64,000 nt of DNA, taken from assembly GCA_001179505.1 (NCBI GenBank), contig CDMY01000285.1, positions 1-64,000 on the forward strand, given 5' to 3'. Shown here in pieces: positions 10,343 to 24,800 of this stretch (position 1 is the first letter of the stretch; each line of letters opens with the position of its first letter). The notes below the pieces were generated by a model. It saw nothing but the letters and a program-made list of their open reading frames with translations, had not been told where the DNA came from and ran no database searches. Made by a program: the position numbers and the translations under genes. The stretch is from Vitrella brassicaformis CCMP3155. Lineage: Eukaryota > Protista > Chromerida.

Positions 10343-13300
10343 TCACTCCCCCTCGTCCTTCCTGGTGCCATCGGCTTGCGGACTCCTCACACATTTCGAC
10401 TCGCTCGTCGAATGAGAATGAGACCCATTGCTGGTCACCCCACCCCCATTGTTGCCGCTTCCGCCGCCATGGCTGCTGTGGCTGTCGCCGTGGTGGGGAT
10501 CCACCCGACAGGCCCCCAGAGGGACCGCACCAGCGCCCCTCAGAAGGATAGCTGCAGCGGGCGCCACCACACCATTTCCACCGCTCACAGATGAGCTGCT
10601 GGGAGGGGCGCTGGGCGGGGCGGGGAGGGTCCGATGGGTCTTGTCGATCGTGCCGGACGATGAGGAGGAGGAGCAGGAAGCCGCGGCGGGGGGAGGTGTC
10701 ACCACCACAGGCGTCGACATGCGGGCTGCGATGCTGGCGTTGTGGTAGTCGCTAGCCGACATTCCCATTGTCACAGTGCTCCGGCCAGGGAACGACCGCC
10801 GTTGAGGCTGGATGACACTGGCGGCGGAGCTGGTGCTGCTGGTGCTGCTGGTGCTGGTGGGCCCCTTTGCCGGCGAGACGACAGCCATCCTGTCAATGGT
10901 GGGCCCTCCTCCACCTTCGGGCTGTGTGTCGTGGCCGAGGCCCTCTTGGTGCCCGTTGAAGCGAGGCCGGTGCTGACTCCACTCGTCACAGGCAGACGCA
11001 CCAGCAGCAGCAGCAGCAGCAGGGAGCGGCTCGGTGGCCTCGGGCCTGGCGGGTGATGGTGAGGAGAGAGAGAGGGAGTGGAAGGGCTGGTGGTCGTCAG
11101 GCAGTGCCTCCTCGTCTCTGTCGTCGGCAGCTGATGCGATGGGCACCTCGGTGACCTCCGAGGTGTTGTCGAGCTCCTCCTCGTCCTCTCCCATACCGAT
11201 GATGATGTGCTGGTCATCGGCCGCCATGTCGAGCTGCAGCGGCGGCACTGGCCGGGCCCCGCCACGATCACCGCGGTCACGGTGGGCGTCGACCGACCGT
11301 CGCTGCTGCTGCTGGTGGTGCTGGTGGTGGAAGTGTTGGGCGTCGAACGGGTGACGCTCCTCCTGGTCCTGATCCCTGTCGTAGTCATGCTCGCCAGAGT
11401 GGTGGTCCTGGTCATGGCCAGCAGCCGTAGGGGGCGCGTAGAGCGGGTGCTGGGGGAGATGGAGAGAGGCCTGCGAGCGCTCCATCGCCACGTCAGACGT
11501 GTGTGCCCGGCCGTTGGGGTAGGCTGGCTCGGCGGCCGGGGGGAATGACACAGAGACGGACACCGCTGCGGCCTTGACGCTGCTGCTGTCATCGGTGGTG
11601 TGCGACGGCTCGGTGTCCTGTGGTGCGTCAGTGTGTCCGCCATCGAGGGAGATGAGACTCATTGCGATGGATGAGGGGTCGAGGGCGGCCGACGATGAGG
11701 GGCCCAGGTGGGGCGACGAGTGGGGCGGGACGGAATTAGACACCGACAGAAACGGGGCTGGCCGAGTACGCCGACCATCGCCAGACGCTGCCGATAAAGA
11801 ATAGAGAGAGAAGCAGAGCAGGCGATGCCGCATCCATCCCGTGCCGACGTCAGCCAGCTTCCCTTCCCTCACTCACCGTATTGTGCGTGTTGGTCATCTT
11901 CATCGTCATCCTCGTCCTGGTCGTGTTGGTCCCCGTCGTCGGTCCACCTGGCCGACCGGCCGGGCGGCAGACCTTCACCGTCGGGCGGCCCCTGGGGCAC
12001 CTCACGGATGTGCGGCAAAACACCGTTGGAGTGCAGGTGCGCGACCATGGCCGCAAACTCCTCGCGGTTGCTGAAGGCTGCACATCACACACACACGAGA
12101 GAGACACGCGAGACACAGAGGCCGCAATGAGTGGAGCGAATGGGAGGGAGTGGGTGGCTGTGTCCTGTCCAAGTGCAATGCAATCAAGCTCACTCACCGT
12201 ATCGCCCCTGGCGCAGCTCGGCCATCTCCACGTCCCTTGGCATCTGAGAGAGAGGGAGGGAGGGAAACAAGGACCGAAACACATACATACGACAACACAA
12301 GAAACCACAACACAACACAAATAGATTCTCTGCCGGCGTCAAGTGGAGGAGAGCCCCTCGATTGCCCCACACTGTACCCACACGCCCACCCACGTACCTC
12401 AGCATGCATGGCGGCCTCGTGCTCCCGCGCCATGGACCGTGCGGCCGCCATCCGTCTTAGCGCCTCGTCGTCCTCCTCGCCCTCGTCCTGCCCATGGTCC
12501 TCATGCCCCTCGTAGGCATCCTCAGCATATCGCTCCGAGCGGGGAGGCAGCGGCACGTCGTGGATCTCATCCTCGCTGGTGGGGGGCCCTCCCGACGGCC
12601 GGGGAATGGGCTGCTGGGGCGAACGCAGGTGGGGGGGCACAACACCCACTGACACCGACGACGGGGAGCCGGGGGAGGGGTTGGCAGAGGCGGCCGCCAC
12701 GGCCACTGAAGCACTGGCCGCTGCGGCAGCTGCCACTGCTGCTGCTGCTACAGCTGAAGATGACGGCTGGTGGGCCGAAGACGCCTCCTCGAGACTGTGA
12801 CGGGACCGATTGTTCAACCTGAGTATTGATTGCATGCCATGCGAGCAACAGACACACAGACGGATGTGAGTGATCCAGTCAGTCATTCCTCGTATCCCTT
12901 CCCTCGACTGTCTGTTTATCAGCCGTTAGTACCCTCTGCGAAGGTCGCGGTGTGTGGCGCTGGGCGGCTCGTCTGGCGGGTGTGCTGCAGGGTGGGGGAT
13001 GGAGCGGCCGGCCGTGGCGGGATGGGACGCCAGGGCTCCCTGCTGCGAGTGATACGTCATCGCCAGATGATTCAAAATCTCCGCAGTCTGTAGGGTAGTA
13101 CACACACACGCACAAGAGAGGCTCCCTCATGGTATGTGTGCCTCTCTCCTCGTCTATCTATCTGTTGCTGCCCTGCTCTGCTCTGCCGCGCCGTGTGTGA
13201 GGTAAGCTGACCTCAGGTTTGAGCGCGTCCATGTGCAGCTGGAAGTGTGTGGGGTCCATGGCGATGGCCTGCAGGAACTGCGCCTGCGCCTGGGTCTCCC

Positions 13301-15353
13301 TCGCCTGCAAAGTCGCCTCGCGCTGAGAGGCCCGAAACGCCTCACGCTCCAGCACCTCCCGCTCCTCAAACGCCGCTAACAACTCACGCACCTTCGACGG
13401 CAACGCAGGCACCTCACCATCGCCACCGCCCAGACCAACACCACGCAAGCCGAGAGGGAAACCCCCGATGCCAATCGGGCCGACCTCTCCAGCAGCACCA
13501 GCCGCCGCCGCAGCAGCAGCTTGTGGTGGTCCACCGGTGTTGGGCTCGGCGCCCAGGTAGGCTGCGTGGAAGGGTGTGTGTTGTGTCCCAGGGTGTGCGA
13601 GGGCCGATGCGATATGTCCGCTGATGGACCCGACGGGGCATCCGAGGCCGTCGTGGCTGTCGGCGATCTGCAACAGCTGACGAAGCACCTCGTTCTCCGT
13701 ACGCAGCTTCTCTACCTCCTCCTGCACACACCACACACATCCGTGAAAGCAAGACAGACAAGCCTGGTGCGTGGCCGTGCCCCCCATCTAGCCCCCAGCC
13801 CCCAGCCCACTGACTGAGCCACAGACAGACGTCCGTACCTCCAGTTCTCGTGTGTCGTTTTCGAATGCGGCCTCCTTGAATGCCTTTTGGATGCGCTCCC
13901 TCTCCTCGCGCTGCTCTGCCGCTTCACGCTTGACCGCCTCGGCCAGCTCCTGCGCAAGTGAAGTGACAGACAATCAGCAGAGAGCAGAGCAGAGCAGAGA
14001 GGGAGACCTTGGTCGTTGGTTGCGTCAGTCAGGTGTGTTGCAATGCCTGGGGTCCACTCCACTCACTCACCTGTTCCTTTTTGATGCGCGCCTTGGCTAC
14101 GTGCAGCTGCTGCGCTGTCACATTGCGCTGGTGGTTGGCGACCTGAACACACAGCACAGGCAGACAGGAAGGGAAGGGCACAGGCTGTGGGTCAGTAACT
14201 TGCGCCGCGCGCAGACAGTTACTATGGCTGGCTGGCTGCGTTTGTTTATGATAAATATACCTACCTTGGCTTGTTCCAGCTCTTTGAACATGCCCTTCAA
14301 AACTGCGCGGTAGACCCTATTGTTGGCCTGCAGCATGGCGTTGTCGGCAGACATCAACTGAAAACACACGCACACACACACACAGAGGACACGCACCATG
14401 AGGAGAGGCAACATACATGGCATGGTGTTCCACTCACTGCCTCCCTGCCTGTTTGTCTGACCATGAGCATTTTGACGGCCTCTTTGATGCCGTTCCGGAG
14501 CTCCCTGACCTCCTTGTCCCACAGGTAGCTGTAGGCCGCGTCCATCTCCACATACCTCGTCCGACGAACACCGCTGCCCCTCCCACCCCCGCCACCAACA
14601 CTCGACGACCCCTCCCCCCTCCTCTGGGGGCCTGATGAGCCACCGTCAGACGCCTCATCGGTGAGGTGCTGGTGGCTGCCCTCTCCATCGCCTCCCTGTG
14701 TGTCGTCGTGGCCCTTGGCGTCATCAGAGGGATGGTGTGCGGGCGGCGGGAGGGGCTGCGGACGGCAGCCGCTCGACGACGTGGTGGCCCGGCTGTCGGC
14801 ACCGCCTGAGGCGACCGTTTCCACTGGGGACGATGCAGCCTTGGCCGAACCTGATGAGGGAGAGTCGCCATCCTGACACAAGGACACACACGATACGACA
14901 CGGGCACACCGACGGATGGGATGCACTCATCTGGTCCCTTCCTTTGAGACACACATGGTGTGTGTGTGCTCTCTGCAAGTGCGATCGTACCCCCGATGAG
15001 GGTGCCCTGTCGGTCTCCCGCCCGGCCTGGTCCCTGCCCTCCTCGTTGGGCGACTCCTCGTGCTCCCAGCGAGACACAGGGAGCACCGCGCCACGCCCGA
15101 CGGCAGGAGCGGCCGAGTCGATGAAGCTATTTACAGCAGGTTGATCTCCAGCGGGAATTTCACCTTGCACAGGATCGGCCTGGTGGGCTCCTCCACCGCT
15201 GCTATCCCCTCCGTCAGCCGGTGCATGAGGCGGCCTCTCCGCCTCACCCGCCTCTGGCGACGAGTGAGTTGGGCTCGACGCTGCTGCTGCGGCATCAGAA
15301 GCTCCGGAGGCGTCTGCGATGGGATGCAAGTCGTCGCCCGGCGCATCTGACAT
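10343..15353 (-). CDS. Large multi-exon hypothetical protein with a coiled-coil core and disordered termini; 3' end uncertain
   Basis: ATG at 15353 (MSDAPGDDLHPIAD). Heptad-like exons: AYSYLWDKEVRELRNGIKEAVKMLM, LQANNRVYRAVLKGMFKELEQAK, ELAEAVKREAAEQREERERIQKAF, EEVEKLRTENEVLRQLLQ. A 1.5-kb S/P/H/Q-rich exon spans about 10343-11810. Confidence 0.7.
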
Positions 15354-15821
15354 GCTCCTCCTCCTACTCCTCTATTGTGAAGCCTCTCGCCTCGACTCGC
15401 CTCACTCACGCCTCGACCCGCCGCACAGCAGCAAACCGCGCATCCTAGACTGCATCAAGCTGTTGCTGTGCTACAAACTGCCATAACGAGCCTCCACCGC
15501 CGACTGCAAGCTCACAAGCTCTCGGTGATCGGCAAGGAAAAACAGAAAAACCAGCCTTTTGACGCAGGAGATCAGCAGTGGCTGCATCCCTGTGTCCATC
15601 TCGTTTTGCGTCGCCAATCTCGTGTTGCTATCCTGTTTGGATCTTGCCTTGGTTGGTCGGCGGTGGCTGGCGAGTCTGCAGCGGCGGTAGTGGCCAGGCG
15701 TGGCGGGCGTGGAGGCGTGTGTCTCTACCGGTGGCGTGAGGGGTGGCATCTGGGTGAGTATGAGTAGCATGCTGATCCGCCTGCTGTCTCGAAGTACTGT
15801 CACTCGGCCGCTGACGACAGA

Positions 15822-18800
15822 ATGAGGATTGAATATAACCAGAATGCGCTGCATGCCCTGGCGGCGGCGTCGCTCTCGGAGCCTCAGCGCGTCGTCATCG
15901 AGACCTTGGTCACATCCCCACTCGACCAGCTGGCAAACCACCTCGAGGGCTTCCAGTGGTGCTTCGAGAAGGTCCGTTGCCTGCGTGTGTGGCCGTGGTC
16001 TGACTGACAGATACATTCCTCCACACCTCTCGTCTGAGTAACTGGTGTGTTGTCTTGTGTGTGCGTGTGTGTCAGGGCAACCTCGAGCACTGGGCGTGTG
16101 TCATCAATCGGTTCGACAGCTGCCTGAGGGCGTTTGTGCGCAGGAACAATCTGTGGACGCCAGGTGGGCCGTGTGGGCAGGGAGACGAAGGAGGTGCAGG
16201 TGCGGGGGGGTGAGGTGTGTCTCCGTGTGTGTGGCGTGCAGCGTCTTCTCTCTACGATGGCGAGCCTGATGTGGACGGTGAGGTCACCGAGGCGCTGGCG
16301 CACCAGATACTCAAGGCCACTCACATCATACTCGAAAACTGCACCAACAAGGTCAGCCGGCCGGCCAGCCAGCCACCAGACACACACGGACACATCCCTC
16401 TCGCCACACACCTCTCTCTCTCTCTCTCTGTCTGTCTGTCTGGTGTGCTGTGTTGTGTTGCAGCATCACTTCAACTCGCTCGAGTACGCCACGGCGGTGC
16501 TGGACAGCTTCAACTTGGATGTGGTCTACGCCGCACTGCGGCTGCTCACCAGCTACTACTACTCCATCAAACGGTACACACACACACACACACACACACA
16601 TGGCCACAGTGTGTGTGTGGATTGGTTGACCACATGTGTGTGTGTCGTGGTGCATGCACTGCAGTAGCAGGAAGTCCTCGACCGACGCGCTGTGTCACGA
16701 CGAGCTGTTCCACCGGCTGACGGTCCTGTGCGAGAGTCCTCTGGGCGACGTGTACTTCCCCTCCTCACCCGCACCGTCGCTCACCTCGGCTTCGACGGCC
16801 GTCAAGTCGGACGCCGACGACATGGAGCGGACAGACATGAGATCGCTGTGCACACCGGGAGCACCAGTGGTCAGCCAGACAGCACATGTAGCCACAAAGA
16901 CAGACAGACAGACAGCCTCACAGACAGCTGCACACCTCACTCGACGCGACGTGTGCAGCCTGCCATGAGTGGCGGTTTCTTTGAGGTCGAGGCCTACATC
17001 CACAAGGGCCACAATGCCCGAGGGCCGCGGCCTGGTCCTGGTCCTGGTGCGGCTGGGCCAGCGCCGGCCTGTGGTGGTGCGGCAGCTTCGTCGGCAGGGG
17101 CGGTGGGTGGCGGAGGGAGTGGTGCTGTCGGCGGCGGTGCTCGTCTGATTCGGACCGAGTCGATCCGCATTCCGGTGAGCGAGCTCAAGAGCTCGTCGGG
17201 CGACAGGCTCCATGAGGAGGAGAGCGACCTCAGGCGGCTGGTCGACACGTACGACATCGCACCCAACCAGATACCGGTCAGCCACCGGGCGAGGCGACAC
17301 ACACACGGCAGGACACCAGACAGACACATGACGGAGACACACGGGAATGTGTCTGTGTGTGTCGGTTGGTGCTGTTTGTGTGTGACAGACGCTGCGTCAC
17401 AAGATCCGGATAGTGCGTGCGATGGAGGCGGATCACATGCGGCAGAAACTTGTCGCCATCAGACTCGCGGCGGTGAGTGAGTCAATCAGTGCACTGAGCG
17501 ACAGCACACACACTCACATTGACAGGCAGGCAGGCAGGCAATGCCCCCAAGGAGTCAATGAGTGTTGCTTGGTTCATCCCTGTGTGTGTGTGTGTGTGTG
17601 ATTGCTCGGTTGGCTTCATTCATTCGTTCATTCAGATGAATTGTTTCGTGAGTTTCAGTCCGAATGCGTTCTTCGGCTACCTCTATGGCAACCCATCGCT
17701 GCTCGTCGAGGTCACCGACCTTCTCCGCCAATCCTCTATCCTTCACATGCAAGACGTCGCCGTAAGTTGGCACACTCACACACACACATGGGCACAGAGA
17801 GAGAGCAGCCCCTCCCACTGATTGGTTTGTTGTTTGACTGACGTTGGTGGGGTCGGTGGCTGCAGGTTGTGGCGTTGAATCTGATAAGTGTGCTGCTGCA
17901 GGACAAGCAGAACTATCGCACCGTCCTCTCACTCATGGGCATCGCCAGCCCCTACGGCCTATTCCCCTCACTCCTGCGGCGCATCCTCCGACATCCGTAC
18001 GTGGCAGAGCCCCTATTCCCCCCTCTAGATCCCGTCGCAGAGGACGGCGACCAGCCGGGCCCCTCCTCACCCCTAGCCGCCCCCCCACAGCCATCCCCGG
18101 CCATCCCAATGTCAGACGACGACCAAGGAGCGGCCCATGGGGGGCTGTCTCTGCGGCCTTACAGTAGTAGTGAAGACGGTGCGCATTACCTGGTGATCCA
18201 GGCGGCGCTGCAGCTCTACTCGAGCGTGCTGCAGACATCGCAGACGGTGCAGGGCTCCATGTCGACGGGCGTCCTCTGCGCCGTGCTCGACTTCCTACGC
18301 TCACGAGACCTCCACCACATCTCACCGATGCTCTACGCCACTCGGTGAGCCACCCCTCCCCCCACCCCACAGAGGCTGTGTGGACATCGTCCGTCTGTTT
18401 GTGTGTGTGGTGTGTCATTCAGGTTGCTTGAGCATTGCATGCAGTACTCCGTGCAGGCGTCGACTCTGCTCATGCGCGAGTGCAGCGCCAACGAACGGTA
18501 CACACACACACACACCCAACACACACACCCCATCATGAGTCATGAGGATGTTTGTTTTGTCCGGTATGGTGTGGTGTGCATCAGTCTGATTGAGCGCATC
18601 CGGTGGGAGGTGGCACGTGTGAAGGAGCTGGTGGACTCACCGCAGGCCAGCGACGCCATCCTGCACCAGACAAACGCCACACCGGCAGACAAAGCCGCAT
18701 ACTGGCAGGTACGTTATGTGGGCGATGGATGGAAACTCGCGCGCGGCTTGGTCTCCTGGTCTATCTATCGGTCGGTGTTGCGTGACCGTGTGGCTGGCTG

Positions 18801-21800
18801 GTTGCAGGGCAAGCTGCTGCATCTGAATCGGTGCAGTTTGCTCAAGGCGCTGATGCGGACCCTGAAGACGCTGCTCGAGGTGGGGGAGGGCAACCCTGCC
18901 GCAGTGGGCGGCCTGCAGTCGCTGCTTGAGGGCCCCTTCCTGCCGACCGTCAAGGACGTCTTCACCTGCGGCGAGAAGATGAGCCTCGGCAGTGTCGGCG
19001 GCGCTATGCAGCTTCTGGGGTTCGTTATCGGGGAGGACCCCACAGCCATTCCCTCACTCATCGAAAAGGCAAACACAGACAGACAGACAATGGCAGGGCA
19101 GTGTGTGTAATATGTGTATTTGTGTGAACATTCAGGGTTTGCTGTCGACGTTGCTGGACAGCATCAACGAGAGGACGCTGTGCTCTGATGAGGTCCTGGG
19201 TGCCTACCCCACCATCCTGGCCTCCATCTTCCTCCACAACTCGGGCGAGCAGGCCATGGCGCAGCGGGAGTACAAGCCGGTGGGCTTCACCATCGACCAG
19301 ATCAGCAACAAAGACCTCACCCTGCACTTCCAAACCAACGAAATCGCTTCCATGGTCAGCCCAGCCGCTGACACTCCCCTTACCGTCTGGAGCATTGCAC
19401 TCATTCTCTCCCCCGTGTGTGTGTTGGGTCATGTCAGCTGGGAGCGTCTCTCGAGGAGATCACCCGCAACCAGCCCAACTCCCGCCGCCCCATCGTCAAC
19501 TTCTGTGTGGCGCTGCTGCGCAAGATGAAGGAGGACGCCATGAAGCTGCCCCTGTGGAAGCCTTTCAACGCCGAGGCCGCCCGGGCATCCCCGCCGCCCA
19601 AGCCCACTGAGCTGGCCTACATAACCAACCCGCCGCTGCCACCCGACGACTACCTCCCCGATCGCCTGCATAACCTGGGCCGGCTGCTCCAAGCCTTCCT
19701 CTCCTCGACGGAAAACGCCAAGGTGGGCGGGGCGCGGCGTGCGCACATTCACAGAACACTTTGAGGAAAAGGGCCGGCCATTTGACGACATTACATCGGT
19801 GTGGTTGGTGTGGTTCAGTTGTTTGTTGAGAGCAGTGGTCTTCCCCTGCTGATGGAGCTGTGTTCTTTGCCGGCGCTGCCGTCCAACTTCCTGCAAGTGA
19901 CCAACGGGCACTCACTGCCGCAAATCTTCAGGTCGTTGTACCCATCCAATCACACACCAAACCGCTTCACACACACATCGATGCACTCACACATAAATGC
20001 TATTCTGCTCTCTGTGTGTGTGTGTGTGTGTTCAGTGTGGGCAGCACGGCGATGCGGATCAGCGGCCAGGCGTGGGCGGCCATCCTGCACCCCCAGCTCC
20101 TCTCTGGCGCCAAGCGGGCTGTCAGCGACATTACAGACACACTCAAGGCGGACCAGTGCGGCGATGAGCCCATCGAGTGGTCTGCGGACATGACGGACGA
20201 CAGCACGGCGCTGTTCCGGCTGCTGCAGGGCATCGCCAAGGTGGACGCGCTGCTGTGGCAGGCCATGACCATCTATGGCGGCACCAGCCAGAGCTTCCAG
20301 ACCAGCACACCCAACTCATGGGCTTACCTCGCCGCTATCGCTAAGGAAATCGTACCTGGTGGGTAGACAGACAGCTGTGTGTGTGGACAGACAGGACCAC
20401 ACCAGCAGAGCCCAGGCCCACTCAACTGTCTGTCTGTGTCTGTCGGTCTGTTGTGTGTGGTGGGTCAGTTGTGAAGCCGTTGATGCGCGAGGTGTACCGA
20501 CAGACGCCTCCCGGCGGCTGCAAGCCCTACCCCCACCCGCAGCTGGAGCCCCTCGACCCATCCACACTGCTCAGCTTCAAATTCCACGCACACGACAGGA
20601 CGGTGAGTGAGACACAATCATACGACGCACACATCACATATGGGAAGCACCCGTGGATGAGTGCATCCATCCCCCGTGTTGTGTTCCAGGCTGGTCGTCT
20701 GCGCGGGATTCAGGTGGACCGCACTAACCTGCCGAGTCACATGCCCATCACGCTCCACACCGACTACACCGCCCAGGCGGCCGATGCCTTCAGCATCCCC
20801 AACCCCGCATTCGAGCCAGACGGCATGGCCACGCTCCCCGGCCCCCCTGCGTCGGTCGCTCCCGACGCCCTCATGTCCGACGGCACCTCGGCCGCCCTCT
20901 CCCCCGCCCCATCATCCACCTCGTTGCCGCAGGGCGACAAGGAGGCACCCACGTACTTCAAGACGTCGACGCCGCGGGCGGTGGTGCTCGAGGCGGCGCG
21001 GACCATGCTGCACACCGTCAGACACTTCCTCACCACGGTATTGATGAGACAGACACATTCCACAGGAGGAAACACCGCACTTACGGGTGAGCTCACTGGT
21101 CATCCACCTGTGTGTTGTGTGTGTGTGTTGTGTGTCAGGTGAGTCGCATGGCCAACTATGTGCAGCAGAGGAGTCGCACTCGGGCCGCCACTGTGCCCAC
21201 ACCGGCCCAGCGGGCAGCCGCCCTCACACTGGCACAGCTAGGCGTCGACCTGCTCTCTGATGTGCCCCTTGCGCCGCCCCCGTCCATCGAGGTCGACCGG
21301 TGTCGCGACCACCTCTACGACAAGATCACTCCTGAGGAGGCCATGGCGGCCCTGACGCCCAAGGACGAGGATGTGACCATGGCCGATGCGCACGCCGAGA
21401 CGGATGGTGGTGGGGGCAAAGAGGTCAAGGAGAGCCGCGAGATGAGCCTACAGATCCAGGGCATGACGCCCGTGCAGACGGCGAGGTGAGTGCGCGGTGT
21501 GGGTGGAAGGAGTGACGTGACCCCCGTATATGTCGGGGTGTGTGTGTGTGTGTAGGTATCTCTCGGATGTGGTTGAGTTTCTGTCCAAGCTGCATGTCGA
21601 CGATCGCAATCACGGACACATCAACACACTCTCACTAGACTACTTCTACAAGGTGACACAACAACATGACCCAGCAATCACTTGCCGCCACTGGGAAGAC
21701 CCTCTCACCTCTGTGTGTGTGTGGGTGGGTGGGTGTGTTCGTGTGTGTGTCAGCTGCACGGGATGAAGTATGTGTATCGAGCCCTGGCCTATGAGTTCGG

Positions 21801-24800
21801 CGTGCTGCACTCGGTCGCCGTCTCGTTCCTCAGCCTCGACGCTCAGGCGGCCTGCGAGCTGACGAACGCCAACAAGGATGCCGTGTGGCCCCTGTGGGTG
21901 GATCGCATGACAGAGCTGGTCAAGAAGGAGGACATCGACACGGCTGCCGCCGTCACGGCTGAGGCCGACATCACGGAGCGGCAACGGCTGGCGCTCGCCA
22001 CTCTCTCCAAATGCGTGCAGGTCAGCACGATTATATATAATCAGGCGGACATAACATTAGTATTCTTGCTGGAGTTATGTGACACACAATGCATCTTGTG
22101 TCGTCCTGATTTCTTAATGCAGAGCTGCACGACGTATCTGGAGCGGCTGACTTCGTGGAAGCGCTTCAGCACACCGCAGATCACTCAGTTCCTGCACAAG
22201 TGAGACAGACAGCTGACAGAGAGCTCACGGCACACACACATCTGAGCTGTCCCCCTTCCATGGTCATTATTCACCATCAGGGGCTGCAAGCGTCCGAGTG
22301 CGGCCCAGCGTGGCGGCCCGGCAGCAGCAGGGGCAGCAGCTACCACATCGGCGGCTCAGGGCAGTGCGGCAGAGGGGGCGGGCAGCAGTGCGGCACAGGC
22401 GGGTGGGACATCCACTGCAGCTGCTGGGGGTGAAGGGGCACCGTCTGTTGGACACCCGCCATCTCAACAGGCCGGGACGGCCATGGACACGACCACAGGT
22501 GGCGGTGACAGCGCTCAGGATGCCGCTGTCAAGGAGCGAGATGCAGAGCTGGCGACCTTCGACGCTTTGAGGTTCGGTGAGACACTCCAGATCGAGGCTG
22601 TGGCGCACCTGCTGCCGTGGTGGAGACTCTTCGACGCCACGCAGGTCCGAGGGAGAGAGCTGATTGACGCGACTGACGGGGGCTCATGTGCAGGCGTATG
22701 TGTGTTGTGTGTTGCATTGTGTGCAGTATGGGAAGCCTTCGTCATCTGGCGATGCATCGACGACGGCCCACACCCGGGCCACGTCGACCCCAGTGGTGTC
22801 GACCACCTCGCAGCCGATGCTCCTCTACGCCGTGTCGGTCTACCCCGCCAAGGCCATGGCTTCCATCCTCCGCATCTTCACACACCTACTCGACACCCAG
22901 ACCGACCAGCGACGCAGCGCCAATGCTCCATGGCTGACAGCACCGGGTGGCGGGGGGCCGGGCGGCGCTGAGCGACCCAGGTCGCAGGTCGACCCAGGGG
23001 CCGTGCAGACCCTCGTGGACATGGGATTCTCGCGAGTGCTGGCCGAGCAGGCGCTCATGTCGACTGGCACGAGCAGCCTGGAGGTGGCCGCAGACTGGAT
23101 ACTGCAGCACCAACACCTGGAGGGGCCTGTGGCGGCGAGGGCCGCCCACGAGGCCGCCAACGCAGGGGCCACCGCTCTGCAGGCTGCACCCGAGGAGACA
23201 CAGCTGCTGGAGGGGCTCATTCGCGGCCTCGTTGGGTCACTCCCCGCCCCTGCTCCCGTCCCTGGTCCCCCTCCCCCTCCGCCCGCGCAGCCAGGAGCAC
23301 CGGCCGACACCACTGCCGACGTCCCGATGGCGCCTGCAGGGGAGACGGCCGACAGTGATGGGCAAGGTCAGCAGATGGACTCGGCACAGGAGGGCCCTCC
23401 CTCTCCGTCACGCCGGTCCGGCCGGCGGAGCAGAGCGAGAGGTGGCAGGCGTGGCCGCAACGCGTCACCGATGTCCAGAACCCCGAGGGCGCCGCAGGGC
23501 GACCCCTCGCCGCCAGCATCGGAGACGCCCTCACCTGCTACAGCCTCGATACAGCCGACAAGGCGGCAAGAGAGCCAGTCGACTCTGGAGAAGCATTGGC
23601 CTGAGGAGGAGGTCAAGTCCGTCCTCAACAATCTCAAGAGCGACTTCTTCTACCGCCTCATCAACGTCGGCTGCCGCGTCCCCCAGTGCTCCGTGCAAGG
23701 TATGGTACGCCAGCCAGCGGGTCGGTCATCGACCAACATACCTGTTCGTCATCGATTGGGAATGCCTCCGTGTCTCTGTCGTTTTGTTGTCTCTGCTTGC
23801 TGCAGTGACCGACGCGTGTCTGCGATCCGTCAACTTCAATCTCGACTTCGGTCGGCGGCCGGAGCAGTCGGGCGCTCCGTCTGGCGGCGACGCGGGGCCG
23901 GGAATCGACACCCACAGCGAGGTGCCACCGAGCGGGGTGCCTTCCAGACGGCACGTGGGGATCTTCGGGTTCCTTGCGGGGGACCACCCGGACAGACCCC
24001 GCAGACGTGAGCCGACACGACACCGAGACGACAAGAGCGCATGGCCAGTGCGAGAGTGTGGTTCCTGCGTGTCTGTCTCGTGTGTCATGTGTCATGAATC
24101 AGATCAAGACAACCCGGCGATGAATTGCGAGATAGTGATGGATGAGATCCTTCGGCGGCTGCAGAGCTGTGTGGAGGCCTTCCCGTCCTCGTCTTGCCCC
24201 GTGTATCTGCTGCCCATCCCCGACCAACCGCCCGGCCTGCCCGGCAGCCTCGTCGACATGTCGCACCAGGCCACACCGCGAGGCACCCCTTTCTCATCGC
24301 CGCCGCCATCACCCTCGCCCATGTAAACCACTCACACATATGAATGAAGGTCGATAGATCCATGTGGATTGATTGATGCGGTGTGGTGTGTGTCCACATA
24401 CGGTGTATGTGTGTGTAGGTACGCTGGTGAGGTGACGGACGAGGAGAGAGGGGGCATCTCGCCGGCGGGCCTCAACGAGGGAGGCGGCAAGGACACGACT
24501 GAGAGGCAGAAGGTGCGTGCAGCGGCCCAGCGGTTCCACGAAGACCTGCAGTGCATCCTACACCTTATGGCCAACATGCTCCATCGCAGATCGCCAGCAA
24601 GGTACACTACATACACAACGGCCAGGAAACGAGTGAATTGCAAGGGCAAAGACGCATTTCTGGCTGTGTGTATGTATGGTCCAATTGATCAGGAAAGCGC
24701 TCAAGTCGCTCGTGACGAGTCCATTGGAGGGGCTGTACAAGCTGCTGCAGAACTTTTGTGAGGCCCACGGGCAGGCCGACGAGCTCAACCCAAATCGCCT

